A DNA stretch of 64,000 nucleotides from a virus. The number at the start of each line of letters is the position of its first letter. Within the stretch, counting starts at the first letter, position 1. Positions 1 through 7,602 of this stretch are shown in pieces. The notes under the pieces are model-generated. The model did no database searches. It was not told where the DNA came from and saw only the letters and a list, made by a program, of their open reading frames with translations. Where the stretch lies: positions 27,626 to 91,625 of IMG/VR virus record IMGVR_UViG_3300031857_000076, one strand, 5' to 3'. The translations under genes were made by a program, and so were the position numbers.

Positions 1-393
1 ATGTGGCTTCAATTTGTCTGGAATCCTTGCATCATACAACTCTTGTAGAGCGATGTCAAGGCTTTTTCTATCACGCTCGCATTTTGCGATTGCGACTGCT
101 GCTGGGCTGCGGCTGTATCCAGCAAAACAATGAACCAACAACTTGTCAATAGGATACAAATCGCGAATGAAATCCAAAAACTTTTGTATATGGGATTCTT
201 GGGGAGCATATTTTGCATTAGTTGGGTCTATATTAATAGAGGCAAAGGTTTCGTCTTCAAAATCTAAAAACAGATATTTTTTCCCTTCACGAAATCTTTC
301 AGGAAGAAAATGACCAAGAGAAACTACTGCGTCATAATTTTTAGCATATTTTTCAGCATTGGCAAAGTCTGTGTAGTGGTTGATTGTATTCAT
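1..393 (-). CDS. Cys-based protein tyrosine/dual-specificity phosphatase (partial, runs off left edge)
   Basis: Not in the ORF track. Manual translation from ATG at 393 gives MNTINHYTDF...LLVHCFAGYSRSPAAVA, containing the HCxxGxxRS PTP loop; frame stays open to position 1. Confidence 0.85.
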   Translation of the reverse strand, partial: MNTINHYTDFANAEKYAKNYDAVVSLGHFLPERFREGKKYLFLDFEDETFASINIDPTNAKYAPQESHIQKFLDFIRDLYPIDKLLVHCFAGYSRSPAAVAIAKCERDRKSLDIALQELYDARIPDKLKPH

Positions 394-426
394 GCTGCAA
401 TATAGACTAATATCCAAAAGCGTCAA
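394..426 (-). promoter_or_regulatory. sigma70-type promoter, leaderless geometry
   Basis: TTGACG-N16-TATATT-N5-ATG on - strand. Confidence 0.6.
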
Positions 427-1084
427 GTGCGTATTTGAAGGGGTTGCCTTCAATATATTTTACAAGAAGAAGCATATATTCTGCAATATCGCGAATTTCT
501 TTCTGCGCCTCTGGTTTGTTGCGAAGCTCTAAGAAATGATGGAAGCTGCGCCAATTGAACATCACATCAGCTTGAATTTGCGAATTGTAAGTCTTGAAGA
601 AGCGAGCAGATTCTTTTGCGCGTTTGCGACCAAGAACGGGTTCAAGCTCTTTGAGGCACTGATGGTATAATGCATTACCTTCTTCGGTAAACTTTTGAAG
701 TGTTTCTGCCCAACTATCAACAGAAAAATTTGTCCAAGGACAGTCCCATTCCTCACCACTATGACCATCTAATGCAGCCCAATCATCAGGAATATAAAAC
801 TTATCTTCTTTCAGTTCTTTGTACCTAGCACTTTCTCCATTGATCGAAACGCCAATACGGTGCTTGAGTAGGTGGATGTGAGAAGCAATGTCGCAATCCA
901 CAAGAAAATGCAGGCTGCTTTTTTCAAAAGGAGTGTGATGTCCCTGTTCTGCAAGCATCTTCAAAAGCTTGGGAATACGTTCGCGCTTTTCTTCCGTGAT
1001 GTCGCGGCTAGTGGATGTCCAAGCAGAACATGCATGAATCTCGTCGCTACCATAGAATCCAATGAGTTCAACTTTATTAGTCAT
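407..1084 (-). CDS. thyX: FAD-dependent thymidylate synthase
   Basis: GHHTPFE, HLLKHR...SINGESARY ThyX motif, NWRSFHHFLELR, AQKEIR. Confidence 0.95.
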   Translation of the reverse strand: MTNKVELIGFYGSDEIHACSAWTSTSRDITEEKRERIPKLLKMLAEQGHHTPFEKSSLHFLVDCDIASHIHLLKHRIGVSINGESARYKELKEDKFYIPDDWAALDGHSGEEWDCPWTNFSVDSWAETLQKFTEEGNALYHQCLKELEPVLGRKRAKESARFFKTYNSQIQADVMFNWRSFHHFLELRNKPEAQKEIRDIAEYMLLLVKYIEGNPFKYALDAFGY

Positions 1085-1235
1085 TTTTAATTAGTTCGGG
1101 GTTTTGTTCTAGAACTCTCGATACAAGATACACGCATTCTTGTGCAGTGAAATGCGTTTTCCAATCGCACTCGTCAAGAATTTCATCCATTGCTTGTAGA
1201 TAAAGTTCGTATAGTTTTTCTCTATTGATTTTCAT
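1077..1235 (-). CDS. small hypothetical protein (52 aa)
   Basis: Manual translation MKINREKLYELY...PELIKND; fills the gap and overlaps both neighbours by 4-8 nt. Confidence 0.6.
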   Translation of the reverse strand: MKINREKLYELYLQAMDEILDECDWKTHFTAQECVYLVSRVLEQNPELIKND

Positions 1236-1801
1236 GTCCAAAAGTAATCGCGGTATTCAACCATTTGTTTGAGAATGCTAGTGTCTGTTTGAGCAATCAG
1301 TGCTTCAACTTTATTAAGTTCACCATAAAGTTCATCATAAGTTTTATTTTTTAATTCTGGTGGCAGAGGATGTGGAGGATACAAAACGTCTCGCTGCGCT
1401 TCACAATTTGGCCTGCCTTCTTCAATCCAATGAACAGCAGAATCAAGCCAGTTCTTGAATTTGCGATGTTCGGGTGTGCCATCCCAATCTACAAAAGAAG
1501 ATTCAGCCTCTTTCTTAAACGAAAGAATCATGGCAAAATTAACCTCAACAATTAAATTAGAGATGTCGCTCCACTGACGAGGAATAACCTTGCGAATATC
1601 CTTATGACATGGCTTGAAAAAACGATAAACTTTCCAGTATAGTTCTCGACATGGCCATTTGATATGAATTGAGAACCAATGAGGCGCAGTTTCGCGCATC
1701 CAATACTGAATTGGATATTGTTTCTTAATGTTTTTGCGCCAAGTTTCCCAACCCTCCCATGTTTGAGAAGCTGGAACAGGGTACCAAAATTTGTTTTTCA
1801 T
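1232..1801 (-). CDS. hypothetical Trp-rich protein
   Basis: 189-aa ORF with its own promoter-like element; no motif recognised. Confidence 0.7.
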   Translation of the reverse strand: MKNKFWYPVPASQTWEGWETWRKNIKKQYPIQYWMRETAPHWFSIHIKWPCRELYWKVYRFFKPCHKDIRKVIPRQWSDISNLIVEVNFAMILSFKKEAESSFVDWDGTPEHRKFKNWLDSAVHWIEEGRPNCEAQRDVLYPPHPLPPELKNKTYDELYGELNKVEALIAQTDTSILKQMVEYRDYFWT

Positions 1802-1835
1802 GCTTACATTATGCGGAGATTGCTTGCTTTGTCAA
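1802..1835 (-). promoter_or_regulatory. sigma70-type promoter, leaderless geometry
   Basis: TTGACA-N16-CATAAT-N6-ATG. Confidence 0.65.
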
Positions 1836-2720
1836 CTCACGAATGCGGAAAATAGCTTGGCATTTGTGTTTGAGTTCCACATCAAAATAAACATCACGGC
1901 CATAGTTGTTGGGAATTGAAACTGGCATGTCAGCATGTTTACGAGTGCCATCAATGCCTTCGCTGTAGTGAAACAGTGGAGTAGTTGGCCAAGTTTCGTA
2001 AGCAAGATTGAATGCTTCCTCTGCTGCTAGATTGTCATGCAAGATGCTGTGATGCAAAGAGTCGTAAGTGATGGGGATGTTGCGAGAACCGTAGAAATAC
2101 TTGACAAGATTCTTGATGCCCCAAACACCTTTGGCATTGTCATTGTTCTCAAGCACAAGGCGTTGACGAATATTGTCTGGCAGTTGATCGTAAACGCGCA
2201 ATACCTTGTCTGCAATGGTTTGAGGGTCGCCATCCTGTCTAACATGTATGTTGAGCGGCGAACGATAGTCTTGAGGAAGACCAAGCAAGTCAAACACTTC
2301 TGCATGTTGCTGTAGGTCAAGGATGCTGTTATTGATGCATTCTGGATTGTCAGACGATAGTGTGATGTATTCGCTAGGATGAGCAGACAAGCGAAGAGGA
2401 TGCTGCGCCAAAAGTTGCTTGATAGAGTCACAAACACTACGGATAGCAGCGATGTTGGGCAGGTCTGCAATGCGCAGATTGACGTTCTTGTGCGTCAATA
2501 CTGGAGCAAGAGAAGAGGACAAGCGATAGCCTTGAATGTTGTTAAGCTGACAGAAGCGAATAGTATTGAGCGTCATCTTGAAATTGTGCAAGATGCGCTC
2601 GGAAAGCTCGCTGATAGCAGCGTTGAATGGCAGCTTGGCAAACTGCGTATAAGTCATAGAGCGAAAGCTCTGCCCGTTATCAGACAATGTTTTTGAGATG
2701 CAGCAAAGGGATAGGTTCAT
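1809..2720 (-). CDS. uvsE: UV DNA damage endonuclease (UvdE/UvsE)
   Basis: YRLSSSL, RLSAHPSEY, NIHV, RLVLENND, YDSLHH, HYSEG, HAD, DVELKHK motifs; start moved to ATG 2720 behind a promoter. Confidence 0.92.
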   Translation of the reverse strand: MNLSLCCISKTLSDNGQSFRSMTYTQFAKLPFNAAISELSERILHNFKMTLNTIRFCQLNNIQGYRLSSSLAPVLTHKNVNLRIADLPNIAAIRSVCDSIKQLLAQHPLRLSAHPSEYITLSSDNPECINNSILDLQQHAEVFDLLGLPQDYRSPLNIHVRQDGDPQTIADKVLRVYDQLPDNIRQRLVLENNDNAKGVWGIKNLVKYFYGSRNIPITYDSLHHSILHDNLAAEEAFNLAYETWPTTPLFHYSEGIDGTRKHADMPVSIPNNYGRDVYFDVELKHKCQAIFRIRELTKQAISA

Positions 2721-2753
2721 AGTAAACAGTAACCCATGCTTGTCTTTTGTCAA
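2721..2753 (-). promoter_or_regulatory. sigma70-type promoter, leaderless geometry
   Basis: TTGACA-N16-TACTGT-N5-ATG. Confidence 0.55.
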
Positions 2754-3181
2754 GATAAGATTTTTTCAGGGTCGCGCTCTTTGGAGCCTTTTTCTGTTGA
2801 GGTCCAAGATTCAAAATCAATTAAAAACAATTTGCCGTCATCAGACTCTACCACATTTTTCCACCGAATGTCATTGTGATGAATTCCATAAACATGAACT
2901 AATTCATGATTCATATTTTGGATTTGAGTTTTAAACTTTTTTCTCTCTGGTGGAAGGTATTTTAAATTTAACGATTGGCCAACATATTTAGTGACAATCA
3001 CTCTATCATCTATGGAACTTGCCAATAATTTTGGCACAAACTCGCAAGACTCCAGTATTCTGTAAGCATCTAGTTCTCTTATGAATTTGCCATTTGTTTT
3101 TAGGTATTTAAAAACAGCAGTTTCTCCGCGCCAGTTTCCTAACTCTACCTTCTCTGTTGAAACACCTTTTTTAAACTGCAT
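2750..3181 (-). CDS. minimal protein-kinase-like protein (RIO/Bud32/APH superfamily)
   Basis: AVFK (VAIK-like), RELDAY, HNDIRWKN catalytic loop, LIDFE; C-lobe truncated. Confidence 0.75.
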   Translation of the reverse strand: MQFKKGVSTEKVELGNWRGETAVFKYLKTNGKFIRELDAYRILESCEFVPKLLASSIDDRVIVTKYVGQSLNLKYLPPERKKFKTQIQNMNHELVHVYGIHHNDIRWKNVVESDDGKLFLIDFESWTSTEKGSKERDPEKILS

Positions 3182-3768
3182 TAGTAGTTTGGCTCTTCGC
3201 AGAGGATTCTGCTGACTTCCTCTTTGATTTTTTTGATCATGCGGTGTTTAGCAATGTAAACTGTGCCACAGTTCACTTTGTATTTCTTCATCAACTGATC
3301 ATTATTTAGTTGGTTAAAATGCATATCGCAAAAGATCATATAGTCTTTGCTCTTGTGAACTTTGCCAAGATTTTTCAAAGCTTGAACAAAGAGTTTTTGC
3401 TGATAATTATTCTCAAGTTTTGCATCAAGGTCTTGATTCTCGTCTGGCTGCATTTCCATGAGAAGATCGTCGCCAGTTGTAACATGCTTGTGCTGACGTT
3501 GATTGCGGCGAATAATGTCAACCATTCTCCACTTGGCAAATGTTGTGACCCAAGAATAAATGTTTCCCTTTGACGAGTCGAACTTATTTTCGCGAAAGTA
3601 ATTCGCCATTGAAATGAAAACCTCTTGAACAACATCATCCACATCTTGTGATGGAAGTTTGTATGAGTGGGCCAATGTTTTTAAATACTCATTAAATTGT
3701 TCAAAAAATGCATTCCAGCTTTGGCTGTTATTCCAATCGGAGAGTTGACGCTCTTGTAGTTCGCTCAT
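3181..3768 (-). CDS. ECF-like RNA polymerase sigma factor
   Basis: SWNAFF...DVDDVVQEVF...FDSSKGNIYSWV...MVDIIRR region 2; C-terminal region-4-like TVYIAKHRM. Confidence 0.85.
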   Translation of the reverse strand: MSELQERQLSDWNNSQSWNAFFEQFNEYLKTLAHSYKLPSQDVDDVVQEVFISMANYFRENKFDSSKGNIYSWVTTFAKWRMVDIIRRNQRQHKHVTTGDDLLMEMQPDENQDLDAKLENNYQQKLFVQALKNLGKVHKSKDYMIFCDMHFNQLNNDQLMKKYKVNCGTVYIAKHRMIKKIKEEVSRILCEEPNY

Positions 3769-3774
3769 TAGTCT

Positions 3775-3999
3775 TTAGTTTAGTGGTCTGAATTTGGAAA
3801 GCTCGTCTTGCAAAGAAGAGTATTTCTTGTGAGAGTGCCAGATTTCAATGTCTTTACCAGTGGTATAGACTCCTTGAGTAGTGGCTACGCTTGTGTTTGG
3901 CGGAATGAAAAGCTCTGGAGGTTGCTGTTCCAGATTCCTTTCGGGAATGTATTTTTGGCAACATCCGCAAATCATTAATGCTAGAATAGTCTTTTTCAT
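3775..3999 (-). CDS. putative small lipoprotein
   Basis: MKKTILALMICGC signal/lipobox-like N-terminus. Confidence 0.55.
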   Translation of the reverse strand: MKKTILALMICGCCQKYIPERNLEQQPPELFIPPNTSVATTQGVYTTGKDIEIWHSHKKYSSLQDELSKFRPLN

Positions 4000-4244
4000 T
4001 TTTTTAAATCTTGTAGGAAGATGTGCATTTTTTGCTGCTCTTCAATAATTTCTTCATCGAATTCAGTGGCTCTTTTCTGGCCTTCGGGAGTGGGTATTTG
4101 ACGCGCTTGATTTCTTTGAGAGGTTAGTTTATCAATCCTGTTGTCAAACTTCTCCAAAATATCGAAAAGAAAGGATTTATTACGCAACTTGAAGTATTCA
4201 ACCGCAAGCTGCAATAACAAAGGAATTGCGTCCAATATTTTCAC
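3996..4244 (-). CDS. hypothetical coiled-coil protein
   Basis: Start reassigned to GTG 4244 (GTGA overlap with upstream stop); short hydrophobic N-terminus then charged helix. Confidence 0.55.
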   Translation of the reverse strand: MKILDAIPLLLQLAVEYFKLRNKSFLFDILEKFDNRIDKLTSQRNQARQIPTPEGQKRATEFDEEIIEEQQKMHIFLQDLKK

Positions 4245-4438
4245 GGCTGCTTTTTGAGAGCATTGAAAATCACTTTTTCCTCTTGGCCAACCTCGCACTC
4301 GCAAATGTAGCCACCAATATGTTTGGCACAATCTAAGGCCCAAACATACGCATCAGAGAAATACTGATCATAAGAGGCTTGATGCTCGCCCTTTTGACTA
4401 TAAACTGAATACCACTTAACGCCTGATTTGTTTTCCAT
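4241..4438 (-). CDS. hypothetical protein
   Basis: Tightly packed co-oriented ORF. Confidence 0.6.
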   Translation of the reverse strand: MENKSGVKWYSVYSQKGEHQASYDQYFSDAYVWALDCAKHIGGYICECEVGQEEKVIFNALKKQP

Positions 4439-4439
4439 G

Positions 4440-4691
4440 TTATTGCTTGTTGATTTTGGTCATCTTGATAAGGGAGTCGTGAATCATGTGACGGGTTTCC
4501 CAATCAATGATGCGACCATTTTCTTCTTTTGGAAGCTCGGACACTACTTGTTCCAAGTCCAAACCAAATGCCGAACAAAGGGCTTTGACTTTGCGAAGAA
4601 CGCCGATTTCCTTATACTTGAGGATTGCCCAACAGAGGTCAATCTGTTCGGGTCCGCTTTTTTCAATTGCCTTGGCAATGGTGTTGCTCAT
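4440..4691 (-). CDS. hypothetical protein
   Basis: First gene after a strong promoter and A-rich leader. Confidence 0.65.
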   Translation of the reverse strand: MSNTIAKAIEKSGPEQIDLCWAILKYKEIGVLRKVKALCSAFGLDLEQVVSELPKEENGRIIDWETRHMIHDSLIKMTKINKQ

Positions 4692-4736
4692 AGGTTTTAT
4701 TTATTTTTTATTTGTTTGTGGTTGTGTTGTTGTTAA

Positions 4737-5660
4737 CTATTCTACAATGAGAAGGATTTTTGTCAAGGTTTCTTTTACCTCTTCTGCTGCTTTTTCTTTC
4801 CAGACTCGCAAACAATAGTCGCGAATTTCTGGCATTTGAAATTGAGTTTTTAGTGCGAGTTCTTGCTCATTACCAATAATGCAATAAGGAGGTACGTCAT
4901 AACCAGACATGGCAATGGTGTTTTTACACTCATAATCGAATAGAGTAAGAACGCTATAATTGAGAGCTTCATAGAATCGGTTAGCCAAACAATTATAGTT
5001 GACATGGTTAATCTCGTCCTCAATGTAGAGACTAGAGTAGAAAGCAGAGAGTCCTTCTTTTGACCAGTTGATTCGATCAATGAATGGGCCGTTGACCTCA
5101 ATTGCGTTAAATTTTTCACGGTTTTTTTGGTGTGTTGAAACAGTTACTTTGCCTTTTAAATATTTACGGAATGAGACTTCGCGATTCTTGCGAAAAGAAC
5201 CATAATAAATGCATCCTTCTTTTGGGGCCGTTGTTTCTTTGGGGTCAAAAACTAGACAGTTCAAATTAACAAAGTGCCAACCGTTCAAATATTTTTCTAC
5301 GATTTTAGAAATGCTGCCACCATGATTGGCAATAACTTCGTAGCGACGACCTTCTTTCACTCCCATCCACAAAGCTCTTGGTTCGCCAAGGTTGTATTCG
5401 TTTGTGATGTAAAAGATTTTTGCTTCTGGACTAGCTTTTAGCCAAGCGTAGTCAACGTAAGAATAGTGACTTGCATGATTAAAAATGATTCGGTCATAGC
5501 CACCTTTAATGTTGTCGTTGACTGTTGGATAGCTCCAGATGAGGTCAGCCTCATGGCCGCTTTGAATCAAAAAGTCTTTGATCTTTTTGGCATTTAGCCA
5601 GTGAAGATTTTGAGGTTCTTTCAGCGAACCTTTGTGAGAATCAATAATTAAATATTTCAT
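4737..5660 (-). CDS. GT-B glycosyltransferase resembling T4 DNA beta-glucosyltransferase
   Basis: Collinear motifs MKYLII, YDRIIFNHAS, KIFYITNE, IYYGSFRKNRE, LYIED, NRFYEAL, LFDYE match recalled T4 BGT motifs. Confidence 0.6.
   Translation of the reverse strand: MKYLIIDSHKGSLKEPQNLHWLNAKKIKDFLIQSGHEADLIWSYPTVNDNIKGGYDRIIFNHASHYSYVDYAWLKASPEAKIFYITNEYNLGEPRALWMGVKEGRRYEVIANHGGSISKIVEKYLNGWHFVNLNCLVFDPKETTAPKEGCIYYGSFRKNREVSFRKYLKGKVTVSTHQKNREKFNAIEVNGPFIDRINWSKEGLSAFYSSLYIEDEINHVNYNCLANRFYEALNYSVLTLFDYECKNTIAMSGYDVPPYCIIGNEQELALKTQFQMPEIRDYCLRVWKEKAAEEVKETLTKILLIVE
4739..4766 (-). promoter_or_regulatory. sigma70-type promoter
   Basis: TTGACA-N16-TAGAAT followed by an A/C-rich leader to ATG 4691. 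Confidence 0.7.
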
Positions 5661-5911
5661 TGAGGAAAGAATTCGATTGCTAAACGGCCAAGATTATCTT
5701 CAAAATGAGCATAGCCCTCAAAGATGATGCGGTCTTGAATAACAATAGTTTTGTAAAGCTCAAAAGGAAACTCGCCTCGATCTGGAACTTTAACACTGTG
5801 AACTGCTGCGTTTCCGCCAGCGTGTTCAATCGTGCAGTTCTCAAATTCTTTTTCCATCCAATCAAGATGGGCTTGATTGTTTGCGCCAATGATTTTAATT
5901 TTACCAGTCAT
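5657..5911 (-). CDS. hypothetical protein
   Basis: ATGA overlap with downstream gene. Confidence 0.6.
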   Translation of the reverse strand: MTGKIKIIGANNQAHLDWMEKEFENCTIEHAGGNAAVHSVKVPDRGEFPFELYKTIVIQDRIIFEGYAHFEDNLGRLAIEFFPQ

Positions 5912-5919
5912 GTCTTACC

Positions 5920-6588
5920 TTAATAGGTATATTTGAATGTGTCAATGTCTTTTTCAAAGATTTTTTCAACTATCTTTTTTGTATTGGAATTGTAATAGTC
6001 TTTATAATCTGATCTTTTGCTTGCGTTTTCGTGCGGAATATCTGGATTAATGTGTTTGATTTCGCAAAGATCAAGCATTTCTTTAAAATCATTTTTAATA
6101 TTTTCGAAACGAAGAATAAAATTAGGCTGAAATGCGCCTTCGAACCACTCAACTTGTTGATGAGTAGCAATAAAATCTTTTGTATTATTTGCGTAATTTT
6201 CACTCATAATTTCGCAAAAATCTTCGAAAGATGCGTCATTTGATCTTTGATAAAGATTGCCTAGTTTTTTTTCTTTGGCATACTGAAATAAGGAAACTGT
6301 ACGATCAAATGGATTTCTAACTACAGAAAAAGACATGTAATTGTGAACCATTGAACCAAAAATTTGATAAATTTCGTTTGGTTTAACGTGCGTAGTCGAG
6401 ACTCGTTGATTATATGGGTTTCTTTTAAAGAAAACATCATGAAAGGTTTTTTCATGTTTTTTAATCAAATTAAGATCGCCAAGGTGAGAATAGATAGAAG
6501 TGCTGGCGTTTTTAGGAACACGAATAAAAATCATGCTCCAAATCCATTTATGCTTGCATGGAGAAAATTCCATCATGGCTTCTTCCAA
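5920..6588 (-). CDS. sulfotransferase family 2 (carbohydrate sulfotransferase-like)
   Basis: FIRVPKNASTS (5'-PSB), VRNPFDRTVS (3'-PB), RFEN, D...FKY. Confidence 0.85.
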   Translation of the reverse strand: MEEAMMEFSPCKHKWIWSMIFIRVPKNASTSIYSHLGDLNLIKKHEKTFHDVFFKRNPYNQRVSTTHVKPNEIYQIFGSMVHNYMSFSVVRNPFDRTVSLFQYAKEKKLGNLYQRSNDASFEDFCEIMSENYANNTKDFIATHQQVEWFEGAFQPNFILRFENIKNDFKEMLDLCEIKHINPDIPHENASKRSDYKDYYNSNTKKIVEKIFEKDIDTFKYTY

Positions 6589-7091
6589 AGAGAATAAGAT
6601 AAATGCTCTCTAATATCTTTTATAGGAATCAGTGAAATCTCATCTTTGCGGCCTTTTCGCTGATAAATGCGATACACTGCCTCACCAGAACTCTCAACCT
6701 TATCAGAGAAGTCCACGTTCTTTTCGCAGAAATCTAACAAAGCTTGTCTCCTAACAATTAAGAAATTCTTCTCTTGTTCAAAAGCAATCAAATCAGCACT
6801 GCCGCGAAGCCAACCCTCTTTGCCAGCCACATTCGCGAACTCTACCCACAAATATTTATCGTTTGTATTTGAGTCTGTGCGTTTCACTTTCTTTTGAGCT
6901 TTAACATCAAAAGAAACAGTGCCGTGTTTTTTGTGGTCTAAATAAACATCAACATGGGAGAGTTGTTGTTTGCGGTCTGCTTTTAAGACTTTCCAACCTC
7001 GTTTTTCAGCCATTTCTGAAAAAAGAGTTTCGGCAGAGTATCCTGAATCGGAACATTGGCCATTATAGTCAAACTGATTACGGTATTTCAT
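6573..7091 (-). CDS. putative PD-(D/E)xK-fold nuclease
   Basis: G..AE, HVD, FDVKAQK, WVE...GWL pattern. Confidence 0.55.
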   Translation of the reverse strand: MKYRNQFDYNGQCSDSGYSAETLFSEMAEKRGWKVLKADRKQQLSHVDVYLDHKKHGTVSFDVKAQKKVKRTDSNTNDKYLWVEFANVAGKEGWLRGSADLIAFEQEKNFLIVRRQALLDFCEKNVDFSDKVESSGEAVYRIYQRKGRKDEISLIPIKDIREHLSYSLWKKP

Positions 7092-7602
7092 AATATGCGA
7101 AGTCTTCTATGGTTTTAAATTTAAAAAGTTTTTGGGCAATTGCAATGAATTGTCTTTTTTTATGTTTTCTGCGCACGTTTCCAGCTATATATTTTACATT
7201 ATATTTGGCCTTAATCAACTGAAAAATTCCAAAAGCTGATTGTTGAAAAAGGTTCCAATTAAAATATCTCGAAGCAGCAAAAACAAATTCGCATGTGTGT
7301 TGTGGTTTGATGATTTGTTCTAGTTCTTTTGGAATTTCAAGTGTTTTTAAGCCAATATCAAAAGATATGAATCCAATAAAGCGATTGTCTTGCAATACAT
7401 AGAATATTTTCGTTTGATCAATTAGGTATTTAAAATGTTCGTCGTATTTGGTTTTTTGCTCAGAAAGAGTTTTGTATTTGAAGTCTAATGGCCTAGAGCG
7501 ATTGAAGAATTCCAAATAAACAAGCAGCAGTTTTTGCCTTTCGTCCTCACTTCCTAAAAATTCGTGTAATTTATAGTTTGAACCGTTATTATTTTTAGTC
7601 AT
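7078..7602 (-). CDS. hypothetical protein, possible GNAT fold
   Basis: FIGFISFD / CEFVFAA strands; start uncertain. Confidence 0.45.
   Translation of the reverse strand: MTKNNNGSNYKLHEFLGSEDERQKLLLVYLEFFNRSRPLDFKYKTLSEQKTKYDEHFKYLIDQTKIFYVLQDNRFIGFISFDIGLKTLEIPKELEQIIKPQHTCEFVFAASRYFNWNLFQQSAFGIFQLIKAKYNVKYIAGNVRRKHKKRQFIAIAQKLFKFKTIEDFAYYEIP
7564..7569 (+). promoter_or_regulatory. GTGTAA putative phage (late) promoter element upstream of tail operon
   Basis: Same hexamer precedes many gene starts in the window. Confidence 0.45.

Noticed and set aside
9-218. 69-aa ORF from the track
   Set aside because: Alternate frame of the phosphatase gene (1-393), which carries the real motif
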